A stretch of DNA of 64,000 bases, from positions 36,084,001 through 36,148,000 of the forward strand of contig CM022671.1 in the NCBI GenBank assembly GCA_012295275.1, given 5' to 3'. Source of the DNA: Chrysomallon squamiferum (taxonomy: Eukaryota > Animalia > Mollusca). The first letter of the stretch is position 1; every line of letters starts with the position of its first letter. Both the position numbers and the translations under genes were made by a program. Positions 54,625-64,000 of the stretch are shown one piece after another. The notes below the pieces were generated by a model. That model saw only the letters and a program-made list of their open reading frames with translations. It had not been told where the DNA came from and did no database searches.

Positions 54625-55259
54625 GTAACTTTATGGTTTAAAAGACATACATTTTCCAGTATTTTGTATTATTTTATAGTTAAGGCACCTTAATCAATGT
54701 GAATGAATTAGTTAAAGACATTTATGTTCTGAATTAGTCTAACAACTCCACACATTTTAATCCTGACATTTAGAGAGAAATGAAAGATCATCATGATTAT
54801 CATCTAGAGACATATATTTCACAATGTCTTCAGAAATTGCTTGTTTTCAATAAGCATCAAATAGCATTTCATACACACTTACTTATATATCCTAGCATTT
54901 GTCACACGTGATGTAAAGCAGTGGGTGGAACGGACAATAACCCATAGCTACATCTCCATTGAACTCCGCCAGAGGTCTCGTCCAAGTTTGATCCACTTCT
55001 GTCGTTATTTTGTGATCAAAGAACTTTAACTCGTAAGATATTTTGAACTGTTTTAAAGTTTTGACCAAACTGTGTTTCTGCCGAGCTAACGTCTGGCTGA
55101 ACTCGGAGTGTTAGCCACAGAACTCAGCTTTATCTGTTTTATTCCTGCTGATGTGTCGCTGCAGTTTCACTGTGTTCTCTCTGGTTTCCCGCTGGTCACA
55201 GGTTCACTGTTTACAAACACGCTACAGAAATAGGTTCTTTTTTTAATTGTTTAAAAACG

Positions 55260-55300
55260 CCGGAAGTGGGGTTAGCGTCACGCATGTAAAGGTATAAAAC
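55260..55300 (+). promoter_or_regulatory. TATA-box promoter of peptide gene A
   Basis: TATAAAA at 55293-55299, about 100 bp upstream of ATG 55401; ETS-like CCGGAAGT at 55260-55267. Confidence 0.6.
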
Positions 55301-55400
55301 AAAGCGCAGAGTGACATAAAATTGCAGTCTACAGCTAAACCAGTCTAACACAAACAAAAATCAGTTTTGTATCAGTAGAAACGTTTTCTAAAGAAACAAT

Positions 55401-55796
55401 ATGATTTTCAAAGTTTTTCTCGTCTTTACTTTTACTGGTGAGTAGCTTTGATTTATAACTTTTGTTGTGATGTTGATTTTGTCCGTCTCCCTGTCTATCT
55501 GTTTTCTTATCTATTTGTCTTTCTGTATATCCACCCATCCTTCCATCATGTAACTGTCAGTCTGTCTATCTATCTGATTCTCAATCTATCTGTCTGTACG
55601 TCTGTTTACCTGCCTGTCTATCTGTCTGTCTTTTTAAACCATCAGTTTTTGTTGTTGTTATATTAGAATAGAAAATATCCGTTTATTGTAATTGTTTCAA
55701 TCTGATTTTGTGTGGAGTTAAGAAATAAGCAAAACTGAAAAATATTTTTTTAGAATTTCTTACTGATTGTGATGTGACGATACTCAAGAAAGTTAA

Positions 55797-55840
<44 letters not shown>

Positions 55841-56169
55841 TAACAATAATGTGAAATACGTGTGAAAACTGACACAGGTTATTTAAGTACTGATCTACTT
55901 TATTATTAGCAAAGCATGAAGCATAGTGACAAATAAAACAATAATAAAATGTATTTAATCAGGCTGTTCCTAAGTATCATTAAGAATTTTAAAAACTGCT
56001 CCTTTCATTCACAGCGTTGTTGTTGACGATGACGGAGGGCAAATGCTGCTGCAGTTACAAAGGGTCTCATACACACAAAATTAAAATTGTTCCTGTCCTC
56101 AAACCTGTGGCCGTTGTTGCAAATGCAGGCGCTGCTGCTCCTGCCGTCAACGCCCCGCTGATTGGATAG
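55401..56169 (+). CDS. Small secreted CCC/HxH peptide precursor, copy A (63 aa)
   Basis: Exons 55401-55437 (G|GTGAGT) and 56015-56169 (ttcacag|): MIFKVFLVFTFTALLLTMTEG-KCCCSYKGSHTHKIKIVPVLKPVAVVANAGAAAPAVNAPLIG*. TATA box upstream, AATAAA at 56234, two paralogues in the window. Confidence 0.92.
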
Positions 56170-56345
56170 AAAGATAAAACTGTGAACAGAGATGTGTCTG
56201 TTAGTGTTTCTGTAACTCGGTATGTGGAACTAAAATAAATATATTAACAAATGTAGTATTTTGTTTTTCTTAAGACATGAACAAAATAGAAAAATAATTA
56301 TTTTCTGATAAATAATAAAATGATGGACTAAATGAAATATACAGA

Positions 56346-56417
<72 letters not shown>

Positions 56418-57393
56418 AATCTGTCTGTCTTTTTCTCACTCTCTGTCTATCTATCTTTCTTTCGTTTTATTCTTTCTCTCTATCTCCTCTCTTTCACACT
56501 ATCACTTTTCATTCTCTCTCTCTCTCTCACTAAAACACATTACCATCAACGCTACATGAAAACATTTCTCTAAAATACATTGACCCTAGATGCTACAAGA
56601 CTGGTCAAACACGTTCCATCGGAGTCATTGTTCTTATCATAAAGATGACCAGTGATGTTGCTTTATCCAATCAGATGAATGCCCGAGTGATCAGCTGAAA
56701 GCAGACTGGACTAATTGTAAATGAGACAAAGAGAAACAATTACTGCTAGAGATTGTCTAGAAACACGGTTACAGTCATGACCTGACTCTGTGTGCGTTTC
56801 TTATTTAACAGAAGTGTTAAACATTTCATATTGTATCCCTGTGTTATTTATTTATTTATTTACTTATTTGCTTACTTCCTTACTTATTTTGTTTGTTTCT
56901 TTATTTATTTCAATATTTTGTTAAAACATACAGATCTCTCTCTTTCTCTCTCTTTCCCTTTTTTTTATTATTATTATGAATTTTACTTTTTATATTTCTC
57001 TAATGAAAATTACAGACTTATTACTACATTATAAATTAATGAAGTTAATGTTTTCTCCATTAAATATTCAACGTAGAGAAATAAAACCTGATTAGTAACA
57101 ATACTTCATATATTGATTTATACAGTTCGTGTTATATAGATTATATTAAACATGCACACATACAGACACATGCTCACAGAAAACATGCATAAACACATTC
57201 AATCAAATGATATATATACATAAAAACATGTCTACACATAACACGCACATACGTACACACAACACACACATATACATATACGCACTGAACTGAACTTTAT
57301 TTTTACTCAGGCCACAGTCTACGGCATATAAGGAAACATTCATTCAAAATTTAATGTAACAGTTATAACAAGATGGTGGATTTACACTAATAT

Positions 57394-57665
57394 TCATAAT
57401 AATAAAATGTAATAATAATACTTTTTCTCTATAAGGCTGAAATATGTCTCGAATACAAAAGTATTTTTAAATAGTTTATAATTTGAAGCTTTGGACGAGA
57501 TATCAATGGCAGAATACCAGGATTGTAAATACTGATCTGTTAGCCTTGTGTTAATGCATAATTTTAACATGGAAGCACTAGATACCATTACACTGTGAAA
57601 ACCACATATATGTACAGACAGCATCATCGAGAATAGATTCAACATCTAATATCCATTTGTGATTA
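57394..57665 (-). mobile_element. Degraded LINE ORF2 C-terminal fragment (CR1/RTE-X-like)
   Basis: LKLCINTRLTDQYLQSWYSAIDISSKASNYKLFKNTFVFETYF matches the recalled post-RT motif RLxDQ(F/Y)xQxWxSxIxxSSKxxxYxxFKxxFxFExYL of invertebrate LINEs. Confidence 0.62.
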
Positions 57666-58156
57666 AAAACGTTATTTTTAACGTCATTCAGTAATAGTCT
57701 GTACACTAGTAAATGTTAACGTAGACTGTTTTCCCGTGATCATTCGATATCAGTACACAATCGTTCTTACTTTTATAGTAATGTATACAGTATAGCGTCC
57801 AAGTTTTCCATTTAACAAGTACAATGGAGTGGATTTCCTTACAGGTAATAATTTCATAAGCTGGTGACAAACACACAAACGCACACACACACACACATAA
57901 ACACACGCATACGCACATAAGCGCAGAAATATGAAATAGTCAGGTTGTATTTGTGCCTAACCTGAATTTGACATAATTTATATAAGTCAGTAAACTTGTT
58001 TAGTTTGAACTTTGTTAAATTGTTCAAACAAATATGTAGTTAGGACCAATATTTTACAGAAAAAAACAACACTCGGTTGTTTTTTTAATTAAATTTGTTT
58101 TATTTAGTCACCAACACCTCCATACATGATTTGTACCAGACTCACACAATCTGAAA

Positions 58157-58258
<102 letters not shown>

Positions 58259-58321
58259 ACAGATAGAAAGTCTTTTATAATCAGACATACAAATATATAT
58301 ATGTGTTTTGTATATATATAT

Positions 58322-58388
<67 letters not shown>

Positions 58389-58611
58389 TATTTTTTGATA
58401 TTTCTTTTAATATTTTGATAATAATTTTGATAATAATAATTAATAATAATTTAATAATAAAAAAAAATAATAATAACAATAATAATAATAATAAAAAAAC
58501 AATAATACGGTAGCGTATTACGGATATACGGATAATCAAAGAAATACATATTTAAAAGGTAATCAGACCACAATGAGTTTACAACAGTATAAAATATCTA
58601 ACTTTACCTCT

Positions 58612-59033
58612 CTATCCCTGAACTATCGGGGCGGGTGCAGCGGCCGCACCTCCTGCCTGGGCCACGGCGACTGGTTTCATGACGGGGACAAGTTTAATCT
58701 TGTGACTGTGGCAGCCTTTGTAACTACAGCAACATTTGCTCTCCCCCATTGAGAACAAGACGGCTGTGAATGGAACACAAAAACGTTTACGTTAACACAT
58801 CAACGTCCCGAATAACTGCCTCTGTCAGCGTTTGTCGTCTTGACAGCAGTAACAACAACAATAATAATAATAATGTACTCTACTGTAGTGTAATAGTAGT
58901 AGTAGTAGTAGTAGCAGCAACAGCAGTACCAGTAGTAGTAGTAAAATAGTTAATATAGTAATGGTAGAAAAAGTACCACTAATAGTATTAAAAGTAGTTT
59001 TATTGTAGTGGTAGTAGTAATAATAATAGTAGC

Positions 59034-59067
<34 letters not shown>

Positions 59068-59301
59068 AATGTTGTTAGACCTGGAATTGTAGTTAAACAT
59101 ACAGAAGCATGTGTACTATTGGTAGGCATAATAGTAGTAAAGCAACAGTAGTGGATGTTTTTGGTCTTATTGTAATAGTAGCAGTAATAACTGTCGTTGT
59201 AACTAAAATCAGAAGTGATACAAATTGCGAATAGTTGATCGCTAAGACAAATACATTTACTTACCAAGAAACAAAAACACGAGAATTGTTTTGTTTGTCA
59301 T
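58612..59301 (-). CDS. Small secreted CCC/HxH peptide precursor, copy B (62 aa)
   Basis: Exons 59301-59265 (G|GTAAGT) and 58763-58612 (ttcacag|): MTNKTILVFLFLAVLFSMGES-KCCCSYKGCHSHKIKLVPVMKPVAVAQAGGAAAAPAPIVQG*. Same 37-nt first coding exon and phase-1 intron as copy A. Confidence 0.93.
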
Positions 59302-59358
59302 GCTGATTTCAAGAGACGTTCTGTCGTTGTAAGTGGCGTGTTAACTCATCGCAGGCTC

Positions 59359-59497
59359 TTTATATGCTTCTAAAACACCGAGTTTACCGCTTCAATTTTC
59401 CCTCTCTCTCTATTTCTGTCTCACTGCGGTCAAGCAGACGTTCGGCACACCATGTGACGCAGCGTCATATCCTGTGAACCGCAGTGCATGCTGGGAA
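59359..59497 (-). promoter_or_regulatory. Promoter of peptide gene B: TATA box and ZNF143/Staf-like site
   Basis: TATAAA at 59364-59359, about 60 bp above the ATG; TTCCCAGCATGCACTGCG at 59497-59480 fits the Staf/ZNF143 consensus. Confidence 0.6.
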
Positions 59498-59787
59498 CAC
59501 AACAAGCTGAGTGCAGCTTGACGAACTAAATGTGTGTATGTGTGTGTGTCAGCGGAAGGAAATAAACAAAAAGTAACTATTTTAAAAATTAAATATAATA
59601 TCCTCCTTTATCATAATGACTGCCTGGTTAAGTATTTTAAAATTAAAATGATTTATTATTATTATTATTATTATTTATTATCCATTTGACAACAGTTTAT
59701 TTCTTTTAAATATTATTTCTAGTTTAGTGTCGTCCATTTTTATTTCCTTTCTTAAATAGTCACATTTGTAGTCCCGTCTGACAGAAT

Positions 59788-59882
<95 letters not shown>

Positions 59883-60619
59883 CTGTTTATCTATTTTAAA
59901 CAAACAGAGAGTGCTGCACAGTATCTACTGACAAAAAAATACAAAAAAAAACAGTTTACATTTCAAACCTCACAAATACCCGACTGTTCATTACTCTGGT
60001 TATTCGTTTATTTATCTGCAAATCGCAATACACAATCTTTGTTATAGACTTTTGATACCTGATATTCAGAAATGTTAAGTCGCTCCATCAAAAACTGAAA
60101 ATAACACACTACAGAATATTACGAGCAATTCTGAAGAATTGTTGAAAACCGCAACACAGATAACGTAATGCAACCAAACGCGACTGATCCGCATTACAGC
60201 TAATCATAATTTATAATTTACTGGTCTGATTTTGTTTGTTTTTAAATTTATTTTTATTTGTTTTATCTGTACTTTGAATGGACATCAAATTTACACACAC
60301 ACACACACACACACCGAATGTAAACGAACATACGTACGAACGTATAGATACAAAACTGTGACTTTAAAATGCAATGAAACAAAACCAAGACGAACAAAAT
60401 CTATATTTCTTGTCTATTTGAGTTAAATAACTGTAAACAAAACCAGTTTTTAAAACTAAATAATTGTCTGTATTTCAGTAAATTTGTTGTATTTACTTGG
60501 AGAGATCTGTTTCTAACACAAAGAGATGTCAACTGAGATTCAGTCTTCTGGATATTTAAATAATGTTCATACGATGATTTTATTACTGTTGTTATAACTA
60601 AACTGTGCAGTTTTCAGTA

Positions 60620-60912
60620 ATTAATTATCAGGGTAACTTGTCAAACAAAGTATACAATGTATAGGTTACAATTATAGAATGTACTTTAAAAAAAAGGAGA
60701 ACGTGATAAATAGACCAGTAAACTGGGTAGATAGGTATGTGCGTGTCCTTATAACACAGTTAACTCATGTGGTTTTTTTTGGCATGAATTCTGTTACAGC
60801 AGTAATTTGTCTGTTTTAACTTCAGTGTGGACGACAAAGGTTAATGGAAAAAAAAATTTATTTTTAACTCTTAATCGATTTAATCTTCTGGCAAATGCTT
60901 GTGTAACAGAAC
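60620..60912. repeat. Diverged duplicate of part of the copy-C intron (62587-62793)
   Basis: Shared blocks tcagggtaa(c/t)ttgtcaaa...gtatacaatgtatagg and ggcatgaattctgttacagcagtaatttgtctg...tttaatcttctggcaaatgcttgtgtaacagaac. Confidence 0.88.
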
Positions 60913-61719
60913 GTGTGTGATTATCAGCGCCATCTATCTGCTCGTACGTTCCACAGACATCTGAGAGGTGGATACTGTGTGTGTTTTTCATTTTCACGCA
61001 AACGTAGATTCTCTTTTCCAGTGTGTACGTGAATCGTGCGTGAGCGCATTTACTGAGTATTATTACTAATTTGTTTTGTTTTTTCAATAATCTTTATCTT
61101 TTCTTTCTTTCTTTCTTTTTCACATTTTAAAATTATTTATTTATTATATGCATGTGTATATGTGTATGTATTGTTTGTTTTGTGTGTATATATGTGTATG
61201 TGTGTGTACTTTTTTTTTTTTTTTCACCATGCTAATTTTAAGTAAATGTATCAGCAGACGTAAGATATAATTTAAAATGAAAAAGGTTTGTTTAAAGGAA
61301 AGGCGGCCGTTCTGTTTCAACCATACTTTCTAATAATTTATATAAATATTTATTTATTTATTGTCTTCTTGGCTTTATCGGTGTGTGTGTGGGGGGGAGG
61401 GGGTATGTATATGGTGCGCACCTCGCACGTGTCTGATCTACATGCGTGTATGTAATTTGTTTTACAGTGAATTAATTCTGTATATTTCTATAAACACTAG
61501 TAAAACGAAACATTTTATTTTTATATTTTTATTTTCTTCAGAGTCATGGGTTGTTTTCTTGTCAAAGATATGAACACGAAGATAGACCAGCAGTTCCTGA
61601 AACAAAACAAATACACCCTTAATATCCTTATCAGTTTTGCATTGAAATATTTTATTATACATGTATATAGCGACTTTCATTTAAATACGCATTCACGGAC
61701 GCTTACACACACATACAAC

Positions 61720-61750
<31 letters not shown>

Positions 61751-62287
61751 CTAAACCAATACACACACACCCAAAAAAAGGGTCAACAAAACTTTTGCCC
61801 TGACTAAAAAATAAATAAATCACTATGAATATTTCTACAATTTCTTATTTTAGATATCTAATTATTATTATTCTGCAAAAGACTTAAATCAATTATGGAC
61901 AAAAAAAATTGAGAATGTGAGTTGCATTTAATGAAAATCAAGTCAGAAATGTTAATTACCAGTTTAAGCAACACAACTAAGGGAGACAACTACAGATATT
62001 CTTAATGTGATGTCGTTGTAAGCGAGAAACTCCAAAACCGTATTACCTGATGCTATGATACCCAGGTAAATTAATTTTTTAATTATTATTTCTTTTTTGT
62101 TGTTGAGATTTTTACACTAATACCAAATTAACAGCGACAGATATTTCTGGACTGGTGTTAAAATCTCGAAAGATTTCATTTCCGGTAGCGTATTATAATA
62201 TATGAATAATTAAAAAAATAGATATATTTAAAAGGTAATCAGACCATCATGAGTTTACAACAGTATAAAATATCTAACTTTACCTCT

Positions 62288-62793
62288 CTACCCCTGAACT
62301 ATCGGGGCGGGTGCAGCGGCCGCACCTCCTGCCTGGGCCACGGCGACTGGTTTCATGACGGGGACAAGTTTAATCTTGTGACTGTGAGAGCCCTTGTAAC
62401 TGCAGCAACATTTGCCGTTACCTCTGGCGAAAATCACAGCTGTAGAAACAAATAAATAAATAAATAACTTGTATTATTTATTCGTAGATAGATGGATTAT
62501 TCTATTTAATAATTTAATTAAATGTTTTGCTAAGACTGTCTGACAGAGAGAATGTATTGGGAACAGAATAAATAAATAAGTTAATTAATTGTCAGGGTAA
62601 TTTGTCAAAGTATACAATGTATAGGTCACAATTATAGAATGTGTGTGTGGGGGGGTGGCATGAATTCTGTTACAGCAGTAATTTGTCTGATTTAACTTCA
62701 GTGTGGTCGACAAAGGTTTATAGAAATTAAAACGAAATTTCTTTTTAACTCTTAATCAATTTAATCTTCTGGCAAATGCTTGTGTAACAGAAC

Positions 62794-62844
<51 letters not shown>

Positions 62845-62877
62845 CTTACCAAGAAACAAAAAGAACAACAAACCCAT
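62288..62877 (-). CDS. Small secreted CCC/HxH peptide precursor, copy C (59 aa from ATG 62877; an in-frame upstream ATG lies at 62949)
   Basis: Exons 62877-62850 (G|GTAAGC) and 62439-62288 (ttctacag|): MGLLFFLFLAVIFARGNG-KCCCSYKGSHSHKIKLVPVMKPVAVAQAGGAAAAPAPIVQG*. Confidence 0.9.
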
Positions 62878-64000
62878 GAGTAACAAAAAATGAAAACGAT
62901 ATAGTGAAGTATGAAAATAAAAGTTATTTTTCTCAGTTAAGGAACACATTTTTTTATGTTTATTTCCAGTTCACGTGATGTGAAATCAGCGTCAAGGAAG
63001 TTACAAATCTGTTATAAATATAACCTCAATCACGTGGTGAGCTCGCCTTGTCATAACGTTCATGCTATGACGTCAGCGGGAAAACTCAGTATGGCGTCTG
63101 ATGGATAGCTTTCAAAATAATAAATTTCGTGTTGTCAACTTAAAAATTAAGAAAAATTCGGAACTAAACTTATTAATTCATTATTTTATTTTATTTTATT
63201 TATTGGGAGCGGGAGACTGCTGTATTTGAAATCATTTTTATTGCGGCTATTTCAGTGGCCATTATTAAAATTACACAAGGTAAGTGACTGAATATATCTT
63301 GAAGAAGAAATCTGATGATTTCATTGCTTGGGATGCTCGCCATTTATAAGTAAATATCTTCTCACGGAAAAATATGTATTAAATACAATCTCTGATAACG
63401 AGTAATGACACTGCTTGGTAACACTTGTGTCATGAGGACTATCTCGACAAATACAAAACCACTGAGCAACGTATTGTTATTTGAAATGTATTGGAATTAA
63501 AAATAATAATAAATAATTAAATTAAATTAATGGTACTCAAAAGCATGAACTAAAACCATGTTTTCCACTTGTCGAAATTGGAACACAATGGTAAGCACTT
63601 CACTATACTGTAGTCCTCTAAATGTTGACAATATACAAACACACTCAGTCCAGTTTTAATCACTTTGCATTGAAACGTTACCAACCACCTGGAAACAACA
63701 AACTATAGGACAGGAAAAATGTAATTTTATGTTCTCCAAGCAGATATAAAAATAGTTTACATCTGCTTTTAACTGATTATTTTCTTTATTTATTCTTTAT
63801 TAATTGAGCTATTATCATCTTCATTATCATCAACACAGTATCTTGAGATGATTGAAATATAGCTGTTATGACCTTCTGGATTAACAGCAGTTTAACTGCT
63901 TAATTACTTGAAATGGATTCACTTGTAGTTTTAACTGATCTGTTGAGACTTGTTACAGTTTACTCTTCTCTAATTAGTTCTCAGTGAAAAAGTACAGCAT

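Noticed and set aside
62249-62455. Plus-strand 68-aa ORF MSLQQYKISNF...
   Set aside because: Antisense shadow of peptide gene C; the minus strand has the splice sites, signal peptide and paralogue conservation.

Overview
AT-rich, microsatellite-dense eukaryotic DNA from an invertebrate animal, probably a mollusc (inference). Most ORF-track entries are repeat artefacts, and the real genes only appear after splicing by hand. (1) 2868-27244 (-): a roughly 25-exon, roughly 3,100-aa TASOR/FAM208-like gene with an N-terminal DUF3715 pseudo-PARP domain, a SPOC domain, a very long Ser/Lys/Arg-rich linker carrying several coding minisatellites, and a C-terminal PIN-like domain. Three places do not keep frame, the clearest inside a SPOC exon. 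(2) 49481-52048 (+): four exons of a secreted, probably GPI-anchored 12-cysteine protein whose first coding exon is uncertain. (3) 55401-62877: the most novel feature, a cluster of three two-exon genes absent from the ORF track. Each encodes a precursor of about 60 aa: a signal peptide plus a conserved cationic peptide KCCCSYKG(S/C)H(T/S)HKIK(I/L)VPV(L/M)KPVAV, an Ala/Pro tail and a terminal Gly. The rest is minisatellites (including a 2-kb 51-bp array), two degraded LINE fragments, short dispersed repeats and CpG-rich non-coding patches. All homology calls rest on manual translation and recalled family sequences, not database searches.
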